From the NCBI GenBank assembly GCA_024137785.1, contig JAHRHZ010000062.1, positions 22,502,015 to 22,566,014 of the forward strand: DNA of 64,000 bases, written 5' to 3'. The position numbers and the translations under genes were made by a program. Each line of letters begins with the position of its first letter. Positions within the stretch are counted from its first letter, which is position 1. Under the pieces are notes generated by a model that did no database searches, was not told the origin of the DNA, and worked only from the letters and a program-made list of their open reading frames with translations. Positions 51,930 through 64,000 of this stretch are shown one piece after another. The stretch is from Ginglymostoma cirratum. Taxonomy: Eukaryota.

Positions 51930-54900
51930 AGAATGGTTACAGCAAAGTGGGTGGCTATTCGGCATGTCATGTCTTTGCTGGCCTGAAGGAGCCATTACCC
52001 TACAGACCTGTCCATTTTCCTTTTTCATATCATGACAACATTCCCTTTATCCTTTAGAATGCATTGGTTGAGTCTGTCTCCACCACATTCTCAAAACAGT
52101 GCTTTCCAAACCCCAATCACTCACTACACAAAGGAATTTTTTTGTTACGTTTCCTCATAATTTGCCAATTAACTTAAATCTTCGTCCCCTTGTTCTCAAT
52201 CCTTTCACCAATGGAGATAGGTTCTTCCCAACTACTCAGTCTCAACCACTCATGATTTTGAATCCCACTGACAGATGTCCTCACAACTTCATCTTGCGCA
52301 AGGACAGCAAACTCAACATGTGCAATCATTCTGTGAGACTGATGTTCCTCATCTCTGGAGCCATTTTCCTGACTACTTTCTGTAAAATCTCTAATGCCTT
52401 CACATCCTTCCTATAGTGTGCCCAGATTCAGATGCAACATTCCAATTGAGTCTGAACCAGTTTTCCACTGCTTCCTTGCTCTATGCCTCTATTCAGAAAA
52501 GCCCAGGATGCTGTATGCTTTATTTGCCTTTCACTCAACCAGTCTTATCATCTTGACTGATTTAAGCTCACTTACTTCCCTTTAGAACCTGTACCCCTTT
52601 TAGAATCATACCCTTTCTTTTATATTATCTTTCTGCATTCTTCCTACCAAAATTAATCAGTTCACACTGATTTCATTCAGTTGTTTGCCCATTGCTGAAT
52701 ACAGAATCCTGGGGAACACCACTACAAACCTTGATCTTGTCTGAAAAGCATTCATTCTAATTTATGTTTGGAAAAGAGTGGACTTATTAGGGATAGTCAG
52801 CATGGCTTTGTGCTGAAGAGGCCTCGTCTTACAAATCCAATCTAGTTTTTTCTGAGAAGCTGATGAAGCTGACTGATGAGGATAGGGCAGTGGATGGTGT
52901 CTAGATGGGCTTTACTAAAATATATGACAAGCTCTCTCTTGGTAGGCTGGTCCAGAAGATTAAGTTACATGTGATTCACAGTGAATTGGTAAGTTGGATA
53001 CAAACTTAGCTTGGTTACAGAAGACACAGGGTATTTGTAGAGGGGTGTCTTTCTGACTGGATGTCTGTGGCCAGTCGTGTCCTGCAAAGATCAGAGCAGG
53101 GACCACTGTTGTTTTTAACATATATGAATGATTTGGATGAAGATATAGGGGTCTGAATAATAAGTTTGCAGATGACATAAAATTGGTGGAGTTGCGGATA
53201 GGGAAAAAGGCTGTCAAAAGATACAGCAGGATATAGATCAGGTGGAAAGTCGGACAGAGAAATGGAGAATGGAGTTTAATCCAGACAAGTGTGAGGTGAT
53301 GCATTTTGGGAGGTAAATGCAAGAGGAAAGAATACAGTAAATGGCAGTACCCTTAGGAGCATCGATGTACAGAGGGATCTTGGGGTGAAAACCCATAACT
53401 CCCTTGAAGTGGATAAGGTGGTAAAGACAGCTTGTGGCATGCTTGCCTTCATTGGTTGGGGCAGTAAGTAGAGAAGTTGGCAAGTTATGCTGCAGCTCTA
53501 TGAAACTTTAGTTAGGCCACATTTGGAGTTTTGTGTGCAGTCCTGGTCACCCCACTATGGGAAGGATGTAGAGGCTTTGGAGGGGCTGCAAGAGAGGTTG
53601 CCTGGATTGCAGTGTATTAGCTATAAGCATACATATAAGGATAGATTGGAAAACCTGGATAATTTTTTGATGGATCATCAGAGCCTGAGGGGTAACCTGA
53701 TAGAAGTACAAAAATTATGAGAGGCATGGATAGAGTCGATAGTCAGAGTCATTTTCCCAGGGTGGAAATGTCAAGTACCAGGGGGCATAGGGTTATCGTG
53801 AGAAGAGGGAAGTCTAAAGGAGATGAGCAAGGCAAGTTTTTGTCTTACACAGAAGGTGATAGGTGCCTGTAACATGCTGCCAGGGGAGGTGGTAGAATCA
53901 GATATGATAGCATTGTTTAAGTGGCATTTAGACAAAGACATGAACATGCAGGGAAGAGGGATCTGGACCATATGCAGAAATGGTGTGCAGAAAGGCTGTT
54001 ACTGTTCTATGTATTCTTTGTTTTCTAGCACTCGGCTAGTTCATGTCAGTGTTGCTGCTGTCCTTGGTATTCTTAACTTTATTCACAAGTCGATAATGCG
54101 GCACCTCGTAAAATGCCTTTTTGAAATCCATGTACACCACAGTAACAGCATTATCGTTGTCAACCCTTTCTGTTAGACCAAAAATCTCAAGCAAGTTAAA
54201 CACAATTTACCCTTAATGAGTCCATACTTGCTAATAATTTTGCCTAGATTTAACATTCCTAAAAGCTTTCCCACCCCAGAGATAAACTGTCTGGCATATA
54301 GTTGCTGGGCTCATCTTCTGTAATCAAGGGGTAGCATTTTCATTCTTTAGTTTTCTGGCACAATCCAAGTCGAGGAAAACTGGAAAAATTAATATCAATC
54401 ATCCTGCAATTTCTACACTACCTTCCTTAAGTTCCTTGAATACACCTCATCTCATTCTGTTGTCTTCAAAATATTTAAATACAAAGATCTATCCAATACT
54501 GCTCCCATATCAATTTTAAATCCTTCAAGTGTCTGCACTACTCCCTCCTTCACCATAACCTCAGCAATATCTTCCTTAGTATAGCAATGCAAATCACTTT
54601 GTAGTTCAGCCATGTCTGCTGCCTTCATGTACAAGTTATCTTTTTGCTCCTAAGCAACCTCAGTTCTGCTCTTCCCACATTTATTCATATGCCGATAGAA
54701 GGCTTTGGATGCCCTCTTATGTTAGCAATCTCTTAACAATCCCTTCTCATACTGTTTCTTTATCTATTCTCATGTGCTTTTTTTAATTCCCGTCTGAATT
54801 TTCTATACTCATCCCAATTCCCAATGGTGTTATTCATTTGAATAATGTCATAAACACACAGTTGCTGCTTTATCTTCATCTCTTTCTTCATCATCCAGGG

Positions 54901-56400
54901 AATACTGGACTTGTTTTCCCCACTTTTTCCCTTTATGGGAATATATATAGACTATACTTGAGCTATCTCTTCTTTAAAGGTTGCCCATTGTCCAGTAACA
55001 GTTCTGCCTGCTCATCATTCAATTTCAATTTTTTTGGACCAGATCCATTCTGACCACATTGAAATTGACTTTCCCCCAGTTAACTTTTCTTACTGTGTAC
55101 TTGTTTCTTGTCCTTTTCTGCTCCTAACCTGAACATTGTTAGTTAACTAACATTCAATGAAATTTTCCTGTCTTGAAACTTGACCAATTGTCTACGTCAT
55201 CCACATGAAGCAGGCCCAGCACATTAGTAGTACATTCTCCTGATCACACTTCAGGAACTTGTACCTCTCTCCTTTACTGCTATCCCAGTCTATGTTGAGA
55301 TAATTAAAATTCCCTTTTATAACTACCCTCTCATTCTTCCATCTCTCTGTAATTTCCTTGTACGTTTGTTCCTCTACATCCTTCCCACTGGTTGGGGCCT
55401 ATAGTCTACAACAGGCAATATCACTGCACATTTTTTGTTCCTTAGCTCCAGTCAGATCTGTCCTAGTCCCCAGTGAGGAATCCTTTCTTGCCAGCACTGT
55501 GATGTTCTCTTTAATGAATGCTTCCACTACACCTCTGCTCTTTCCTTTACAACTTCACGTATCTAGGAATGTATATAATGCAGTCATACCCTTCCTTGAG
55601 CCAGGTTTGTTATCAACTTGTCATATTTCTACAAGGCCATTTACATCTGCAACTCACTAACCTTAATTGCTACACTCTGTTCGTTGCATTCACAATCATG
55701 CACTTAATTCTAGTTTAGAGTTTATTACTTTGCATTTTAGGCTGAACTCTGCTAATACCCTACCGCAGCCTACTCTAGCACTATCCGTCTATTCCAATAC
55801 TCTTTGCACATCGGTAGCTCTAATATTACCTTTAGGGTCCCAAACGCCTGCCAAGTTAGTTTAAACCTCTCTCAACTGTACTACAAAATCGGTTTAGACA
55901 GCAATCATTGCCGTCTATGTTTAGAGGCAGCTGGTACAGCTCCCATTTCTGCGTGAGCTATCCGAAATTCCAAGATTCTAACTGCCTTCTCTCCTGCACC
56001 AACTCTCCAGCCATGCACAAATCTACTCAGCCCTCCTAATCCAAATTTACGGGAGACTGAGTATTGGGAATAATCCGGAATATACTACATCCATAGATCA
56101 TAACCACCAGCTGTTCAAATTCCCTCCCCCACCACCCCAAACCCACACCCATCCTGACATCTTCCATCTGCAAGTGCAGAAAAGCCTTGCCTAGCACCCC
56201 CATCAGATCTCCGATCACTATTGCTCTTCTAGTGTCCTCCTGTACAACTGAACCAGCACACTGCCATGGAGCTGGCTTTGGCTGCACTCCCCAGATGAAC
56301 CATCCCTTTTGTCAGATTGAGCACCAAATGCTTATTGAATAGTGTGACACATTCAGGGGTCCCCTGATTAACTGTTTCTTCTCAATTGCCTGTTGATCAT
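51930..56400 (-). mobile_element. Old, long CR1 LINE (ORF1 esterase, APE and RT remnants), interrupted by a younger CR1
   Basis: Minus-strand motifs occur in the correct order: RAIVIGD (~56210-56230), GNFNYLNIDW (~55284-55314), VYMDFKK (~54115-54140), SGVPQDSV (~52698-52724), 3' tail (~51930). Confidence 0.75.
52765..54015 (+). mobile_element. CR1 LINE, 5'-truncated, degenerate RT
   Basis: Starts near the DSQHGF motif; KFADD at ~53162; ORF 53487..53720 (LYETLVRPHLEFCVQSWSPHY). Several stops. Confidence 0.9.
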
Positions 56401-57415
56401 GGAAAATATTCAGCCTAGAGTCCGGTTACTAGTGGTGTGCCACAAGGATCTGTTTTGGGACCACTGCTGTTTGTCATTTTTATAAATGACTTGGACGCAG
56501 GCATAGGTGGATGGGTTAATAAGTTTGCAGATGACACTAAAGTCGGTGGAGTGGTGGACAGTGTGGAAGAATGTTGCAGGGAGACTTTGGATAAACTGCA
56601 GAATTGGGCTGAAAGGTGGCAAATGGAGTTCAATGCAGATAAATGTGAGGTGATGCACTTTGGGAAGAATAATAGGAAGGCAGAATACTGGGTCAATGGC
56701 AAGATTCTTGGTAGTGTGGATGTGCAGAGGGATCTTGGTGTCCAGGTACATAGATCCCTGAAAGTTGCCACCCAGGTTGATAGTGCTGTTAAGAGGGCAT
56801 ACAGTGTGTTAGGTTTCATTGGTAGAGGGATTGAGTTCCGGGGCCATGATGTCATGCTGCAACTGTACAAAACGCTAGTGCGGCCTCACTTGGAATACTG
56901 CGTACAGTTCTGGTCGCCCCATTACAGGAAGGATGTGGAAGCATTCGAAAAGGTGCAGAGGAGATTTACCAGGATGTTGCTTGGTCTGGAGCGAAGGTCT
57001 TATGAGGAAAGGCTGAGGGACTTGGGTCTGTTCTCATTGGAGAGAAGGCGGCTAAGAGGGGATTTAATAGAGACATACAAAATGATCAGAGGATTAGATA
57101 GGGTGGACAGTGAGAGTCTTTTTCCGAGGATGATGACATCGGCTAGTACGAGGGGGCATAGCTGCAAATTGAGGGGTGACAGATTTAAGACAGATGTCAG
57201 AGGCAGGTTCTTTACTCAGAGAGTGGTAAGGGCGTGGAATGCCCTGCCTGCCAATGTAGTTAACTCAGCCACATTAGGGGCATTTAAACAGTCCTTGGAT
57301 AAGCATATGGATGATGATGGGATAGTGTAGGGGGATGGGCTTAGATTAGTTCACAGGTCGGCGCAACATCGAGGGCCGAAGGGCCTGTTCTGCACTGTAT
57401 TGTTCTATGTTCTAT
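56400..57415 (+). mobile_element. Young 5'-truncated CR1 (HER1-like) LINE with open RT C-terminal frame
   Basis: ORF 56437..57330 (297 aa) contains PQGSVLGPLLF, KFADDTK and LYKTLVRPHLEYCVQFWSPHY. Ends in (TGTTCTA)2. Confidence 0.96.
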
Positions 57416-58019
57416 CACTCGTACCCTTTCTTCAGGCATGCTTTGGGGTTGGACAGGGTGGCACTGCGTGCGTGTGACTGCATCTATAAATGTTTGGGTA
57501 TCAACTAAAAGCTGGAGTTTTGATTGGCTTCTTTCTATTAAGTCCTTCTTACAATTTCAGAACAGTTCGCAGGTAGTGAAGTGCATCTGATGTGAAATAA
57601 TGTCACTACTATGACATAAGAAACTACAGTCAACTGGCAGACAGCACGATTCCACAAACAACGATGAGATCATGACTAAATAATCTGCATTGATAAATAA
57701 TGTTCTCAGTCACAGAGAAGGATTCCCTTGCTAATCTTCAAACAGTAGCTGCTGGACCGTTCGACTCTACCTGGGAAGCAGGCTGTGAGGCCTTCGGCTG
57801 CGGACTCAACATTTCTGAAATGCAGCACTCGTCAATACTGGAAAGACAGTATTAGTCTGGATAGTGTGCTAAAGTCTTGGTAATAGGTGGTCATTTAAAT
57901 TATTTAACTATTAAACGTTACCAAAAAGGCTTTGACATAACCTGGCATATTCAGCATCAGCTTCTCGAGACAGCTTGCTTATCATAATCACGAAAGATCC
58001 AATCAAATCTTACTCAGCA

Positions 58020-58290
58020 TTCCCCACAGTCCCACAGCCTGATGGTTAGCAACTCCTTTGTCTGTCCAACTGCCTTTCTCTCTCTTTGGGCTCTATCCTA
58101 TCGTTTACTCCCTACCCCACGCACCTCCCTATTTTCTGCACATAAACTGACGTTTTCCCAGCCACCACCAGTTCTGAGGAAGGGTCACCAAACCCGAAAC
58201 GTTAAGTCTGTTTTATCCTTCATTGATGCTGCCAGACCTGCTGAGCTTTTCCAGAAACTTTATTTTTGTTCCTGATTTACAGCATCCGCA
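58020..58290 (+). mobile_element. Penelope-like pseudo-LTR fragment with hammerhead-like core
   Basis: CTGAGGA-AGGGTCACCAAACCC-GAAACGTT at 58174-58203, followed by the gatgctgccagacctgctgagcttttccag block shared with the copies at 18.1 kb and 47.4 kb. Confidence 0.75.
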
Positions 58291-59439
58291 TCCGAATCAA
58301 ATCTCACTCTTCAGCTCAACCTTCTGAAATCACCACCTTGACTTTGTGGAGAGCAGTGTATTTTCTGAAGATCCCTTGAGTGATATTGTCAGAAGCTTCT
58401 CATTCCTGGTGGAGCCACCCATCGTTGCAAGATCAGTGTGAGGTGCCAAATGAAGTGTGGTCCACAAAGGCATAAGAAAAGGCAAAACAGGACTGTGCAT
58501 TTCACAGGGCACAAAGATGCCATCAATCAGCAAGGTAGCCACAGTCATTATGGCTCAACATGGCACCAAAATCAGAGTACCAACCAGTCAAGATTGCGTG
58601 GACAACACTTAACAAGCGGACCTCAGAGCACTATCAAAGTCACAGACAGCCTTGGAGCAGGGTTCCTCTGCCAAGTCCAACTACGATGGAGAACTGGCAA
58701 CAGCAACAGGTCCTGGCAGCCCCCCGGCAAAATTCTGCTGCAGGCAACAAATGAAAGGGATGTCGCTGGACACCCAAGTTGGGACAGAAATATCTTTGGG
58801 CATCAGCATCAGACAGAGCAGTTGTCTTCAGAATACCGTCTACTTTACCCTAAATGGTGAATGGGCTAAAAATGAACCAAAAAAATAGTGGGGACACCCT
58901 ATCTTCTGGCTGGGGAATTACACACTGCAGGATTTGAAAAATAAAGTCAAGTGCCTTTGGCGCAAATTTATGGAAACCTTAATCCAGATGCTAATTCCAT
59001 GATATGCAAAGTCAGACCAAAATAGCCTTTTCTCTGTTTTATCCATTATCCATCGGTCCAGGCCTCTCTGGTAGAGAGTCTAGCATCTTCACAAATCCTG
59101 TCAAGGAACGGACAATGGGCTGGCTGTCTTGTCATGCATGATGAAGGGCTCCAGAGGCTCAAGCCTAGATTAACATTACAATGGACAAAAAAAAACCCAA
59201 TATGGAGCGTTACACTAGGAGGTCTAGTGCAAAGGACAAAGCTTTTCAAAACCTTGTGCTTTATTGTGAAGAATTAAAAGCCAGTTAAAAGTCTCGCCTG
59301 CCTTCAGTCTCACATCCAGCGCCATTTTTATAACTTCCTTTTGTAAACAGTACTGTGCAGTAAAACACAGACAGAATGAATGAAAGAAAATGAATTTTAA
59401 AAACTGAGGGAAGAAAATTAATTTAAAATAATGCAAGAC

Positions 59440-59790
59440 ACAGGAAGGGGAACATGGGGGGGGGGATCTCAGGGAAAGAGAAGGGGGTCACGGGGCGAGG
59501 GGGCGGGCAACAGACAGGCAGAGGGGCAGCGAGGGGCTACAAACAGAGGGGGAGAGCTGGGGGAAATGGGGGTGTACAGAACGTGGGAGTGTTTGAGGGG
59601 TGAGAGTGAAGGGGGCATGGTGGGGAGAGACTGTGAGGGGTGTATGAGAGAGAAAGGGTGGGAAGAGAGGAGGGAGCAAAAGGGTGGGAAGAGAGGAGGG
59701 GGTGAAAGGGTTGCGGAGCTGGGGAAGAGAAAGAGGGGAGAGAGGACAGGAAGGGAGCCGGAAGGAGCAAGAGAGAGGGAACAAGACCCC
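59440..59790 (+). repeat. G/A-rich low-complexity tract
   Basis: Strongly purine-biased sequence that produces spurious G/R/E-rich and P/S/L-rich ORFs. Confidence 0.7.
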
Positions 59791-60537
59791 GAACAGGATT
59801 TTGTTCTGTGAACAGTACCAAAAGTGTTTCTTTCGTTTGGGGGAGGAGGAAGGAGACCAGCCCTTTCATCCTACTGAACAGAGGGTCAGCATTTCAGTGG
59901 CACCACCACAAGCAGTGGTCTCTGCTCTAACTCTCAACGGCATGTGCCCTCACAACGTGATAACTGGGTTCTTAAGACACAAGGCGAGGTGTGGTTTTTG
60001 AACTAGATGATGCTGTGTTGGTGGTAGTGGATGTTGGGGTGGAGGTAAAGTTTGGTGAATGGAGTCCTTACATGGGCCAAGAGTGCCCAAATGAGGCCCA
60101 TACCACTTCCAAGTCCACTAAGTATCACTGGACAGGTTTCCACACAGCAATGGTCGAAATGGCATGAAGAGGTGTTTAATTTGATTCTTTTGCGGTTCAA
60201 TTAGCCTGTGGGTGGGAGAGCCATCTGCTATCTTAAATATCAGCAGGAAGATAATGGACATTCCACCCCCTGCCTCCTTCACCGTCTGATGCGGGCTCAC
60301 CACCCCCAGAGGGTTAATATTGTCCAACCCAAAGTTTTACATTATTATAGCGCTTGTCGCTGGCTCTGGCTATAAAAGATGGAGACAACCTGTGAAAATG
60401 TTTTGAAATACGTTAGTGAGGCAACCTAAAATAATCCACTTATACAATACTCTTCACAACCATCAGATGTCTCACAGTATTTTACATCTTCTTAAAGTTA
60501 GTTACTATTTTAGCGTGGATGATGCTCAGCCAACTGA

Positions 60538-60836
60538 GCAGCACGGTGGCACAGTGGTCAGCACTGCTGCCTCACAGAGCCAGGGACCCAGGTTCGACTC
60601 CAGCCTCAGGCAACTGTCTTTTAGGAGTTTGCACATTCTCCCCCATGTCTGTGTGGATTTCTTCCGGATGCTCCGACAGTCCAAGAATGTGGATAGGCGG
60701 TGCTCAGGGATGTGCAGACGAGGTGAATTAGCCATGAGAAATGCAGGGTTACAGTCAGTGGATGGCATGCTCTTTAGAGGGTCAACGTGACTCAATGGGC
60801 CAAATGGCCTGCTTCCATACCGTAGGGATTCTATGA
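60538..60836 (+). mobile_element. HE1-like elasmobranch tRNA-derived SINE
   Basis: A box TGGCACAGTGG, B box GGTTCGACTCC, V-domain-like ggagtttgcacattctcccc, and a CR1-like tail ending gggattctatga. Confidence 0.88.
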
Positions 60837-60927
60837 ACTTGCATACAGCAAGTTCCTACAAACAACAATGTAATAAAGCAACTGGCTTTTTTTTTAGAAA
60901 ACTGGTGATTGAGAGGTGAGTAATGTG

Positions 60928-61145
60928 ACATTGCCACAGACTTACCACAACATATGGCTGCTCTCTCGTTAGAAAGACAGAGGGAACAAGTGGTGGTGGT
61001 TTAATCAGAGGGTCACTGCACCTCAGGCGAGCGGAGAGATTGAGAAGGACAGTTTTTCATGGTAACCTCAGCCACTTCAGGAACTGAACCCATGCTGTGG
61101 GCGTCAATGTATTGCAAACCAGCCACCCCCAGCCAACTGACCTAC
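60928..61145 (-). mobile_element. tRNA-derived SINE (same family as 41930-42146)
   Basis: Reverse-complement similarity along its full length. Confidence 0.75.
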
Positions 61146-64000
61146 TCAAGAGACAAGTACTGGGCAGGGCGATGAACTCAATATTGTAACTGAAGAATGA
61201 AAGTACCACCAACCGAACCACATGTTACACTCAGGAGGACTTATAAGGTATCACAACATGACTACAGCCAGAGATGTTGAGTTCTTCCCATTGTCCTGGA
61301 CATCACTAAAACACATTGCCCGGTCATTATTACATTTTTGGGTTTTGGGAGATTGTTGTGCACAAAATAGTTGGTGAATTTCCGACACTGCATTAGCAAC
61401 CACACCTCAAAAAAACAATCAGCTGGTACAGCTCTTCAGAACATCCTGAGATCACTGAATATACTGGAGAAATGCAAATTACTTCTTTCTTTCCCTCACA
61501 GTGCAAATCAATTTCTCAACAGTTTACTGGAAGATGCTGCGCTTTCATCAGCTCATAAGTTTTGGAAGAACAGGAGTTAAATAGAAAATGCATTAAAGCA
61601 AGACTTTGCACTGGCCAATGCAATCAAATGCTACATTGATTTTGGTGCATATCTTGAGGGATATTTTTAAGCTACTGCAGTGTAACTAGTGCCCAACATG
61701 GGGCATGCAGCAGTTGTGTTTTGAATGAGTGAAATTCATTTTATGAAAGGGATTTACACATAATCCTACTTGTTAAAAAGTGGTGCAAATCCTCATAAGG
61801 TTTAGCTGGACAAAGGTGCTGACAACTACACTAAATATAACTGGAGTCACTCTGCTGTCAAATGAAATAACCCGTAATATGAGGAAAATGGATCATTTCA
61901 AGTTTAGAAGCCTAGAGTAAAGATTTAAGCACAAGCTTAAAAATCAAGGATTTACAAATGAGAGGTGCGCAGAAATATCACTGCAACTTTGGAACTGAGA
62001 TGCTGAGGTTATCATAATATGGACGTGAGCCAGAGAGATGGTGTCTTGTTAAGGCCGTTGTTATCTGGGCAGAAATTACATTGGGATAAATTGAATATAC
62101 ATCATTCAACAGAGAAACATGTCGACATTAGTTATTGGGGGAAGTACAAAGAGCCAAATCAAAGAAAATCTAGGCTGACATTCTTACCTGCATCAGGAGG
62201 GCACGGGCTGAGTTGAATCTTGGTTGACATCTCTTGTGATGTAGTGAGGGAACACTACGCTGTCGGTGATGTCTTTCAGATAAGCTATCGCACAAAGGCA
62301 CCACCCTCAGCTTCACTGATTGGCAAAATGGCAGGTCTTAATAAAGAGTCTTAAAAGGGGAAAGAGTTAGGGGAAGCAGTTCCAGAGTGTAGGATTTAAG
62401 CAGCAAAAAGGAACTCCTGCTACTGATGGAGCGATGAAAATCGGGTGGTGGTGGAGGTGTGTGTGTGTGAGCGTGCAAGAGGCCGGAACTAGAGCAGCAC
62501 TAAGTGGGACAAGGTAGTTTGAGTGTAAGGATGGAATTTTGAAATGGGAGCATTACCAAACAGGGAGATAATGTAAGTTATCAAATACAAGAAGGGTGAT
62601 AGGTGAAAGCCCAAGCCATTACCTTGCAGCCCAACACATCCATCCAGCTGTGTTTAAAAGAGGCAGAGCATTTCACTAACGAACATCAATATTCTTTGTG
62701 CAATTATGCATCTGATGTGTGCACCACAGTAACAGGTTCAAGGAACTAATTATTGTGGATCTCTCTAGGGGGCAAAGCACCTGGGTTTCAACTTAAAACC
62801 CATCACCCATTCTCTCCCAACAGCTATGTAGCTCTGAATAGTTTTCAACTCATATTGATCAGTACAATACAGGATGAAAGCATCTAATTAACGCGCAGGG
62901 AGCTTCACAGGATGTATTTAGCCCTCCAAGCTACCAGACTCAAAGAAAAACATCCTCATTTTCACCTGCACAAAGACACCTCCAATAATTTGAAAGGGAG
63001 GTCACTGCTGATTTGAAAGAATAAAGCATCCACTGAATGTATCAAATAGATGTTGACATTAAGGTTATCAGTCCAATGGACTGGATTAAACAATTGACCT
63101 TTGTTTTACTTAATATCTGTTTTATTATCATGATCACACTGATTTAAAGACATTTAGATTTTAGACCACACATTAAAAAACATTATTATTTCTAGTTTAA
63201 ATACCAATTTTACACATTGCAGTCAGTGTTTGAACATATTATATAGTTATAATAGTTACAGATTAATTATAAATTATTCAGTTATTGCTCAGGTGGCATA
63301 GGTAATTTACTGTTGATCCTGATTTTAACTGCAACATTTCTCACCAGCTGTTTACTTACGGTGGCAACATGTGATCTCCAAGATGGCACTGATGAGAGTT
63401 CACAATTGTAGACAGATAATCTGAACATTCCGAATCCTCTGGAGTGTGTTAGTAAGAGGAAAGATATTATCTTCCCACTAAACAGTTGCATTTGAAAATT
63501 TTAACAACTTTAATATTTCTTCAAACAGGGACTGAAAAATTAAGCTCACATTGCACAGTAATTAGCCAATCTTAGCCAAGCTAAATCTTTCCTCTGAATT
63601 TTTCTTAACAGGTGTGCAATTGAGCCACTACATCTGCTTTGCTCTTTAAAACAACTATCCCCAACAGTCCACTCAGCAAATTTCTGCATGGGTAAGACTC
63701 AAATACAATTCAACAGATTTTGGTCCTGCAGTTGATCAGACGCCACAAGAGAGAAAGATCCACCTTACACTGATACAAGAATCTTCCTGTGACTCAAGCA
63801 ATGGAGTAACATCAACTAATTAAAAGTTGTGGATAGAATTAAAAAAAGGAAGCGCAATTAAAGATAAAATGATTGAACTGTAGGGTTCATGTGACACAAT
63901 GGTAGTATTCCTATATCTGAGCCAGAGATCCCCGGATGCAGAGGTTTGTAATAATATCTCTGAACAGGTTGATTAGAAGTATCTGCTAGACAGATACCGA

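Noticed and set aside
56437-57330. 297-aa ORF as a host gene or autonomous element
   Set aside because: It is the 3' part of CR1 ORF2, lacking the endonuclease and the RT N-terminus, so it is a 5'-truncated insertion.
59431-60001. Overlapping 100-126 aa ORFs
   Set aside because: Artefacts of a low-complexity G/A-rich tract.
20469-64000. First TEAD1 coding exon (…DAEGVWSPDIEQSFQEAL…)
   Set aside because: Not found by eye or in the ORF track; it probably lies beyond the window, as this intron is very long in vertebrates.

Overview
Vertebrate genomic DNA, almost certainly from a shark: it carries an HE1-type SINE, SacSINE/DeuSINE-like SINEs, CR1 LINEs and Penelope-derived repeats. It holds the middle of TEAD1 (TEF-1, the Hippo/YAP partner transcription factor) on the minus strand. 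I read coding exons at 20404-20468, 16544-16606, 6910-7044, 5247-5293, 3960-4021, 3357-3481 and 2271-2444, all with GT-AG sites and consistent phases. I found no first coding exon or last exons, so these probably lie outside the window; 20469-64000 appears to be one large repeat-rich intron. Four features stand out. (1) The exon for the TEA recognition helix is tandemly duplicated (16701-16763 VSSHIQVLARKKVREIQAAIK; 16544-16606 VSSHIQVLARRKSREIHSKLK), and the 94-nt intron between the copies has no usable distal branch adenosine, suggesting enforced mutual exclusion. (2) A 12-nt VTNM microexon (11727-11738) is flanked by RBFOX/MBNL/SRRM4-type motifs, and there is a candidate 13-nt frameshifting microexon. 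(3) Several Penelope-derived fold-back elements carry minimal hammerhead ribozyme cores. (4) There are nested transposon stacks, solo LTRs and a pogo/Tigger fossil. Repeat boundaries are approximate, and no database searches were run.
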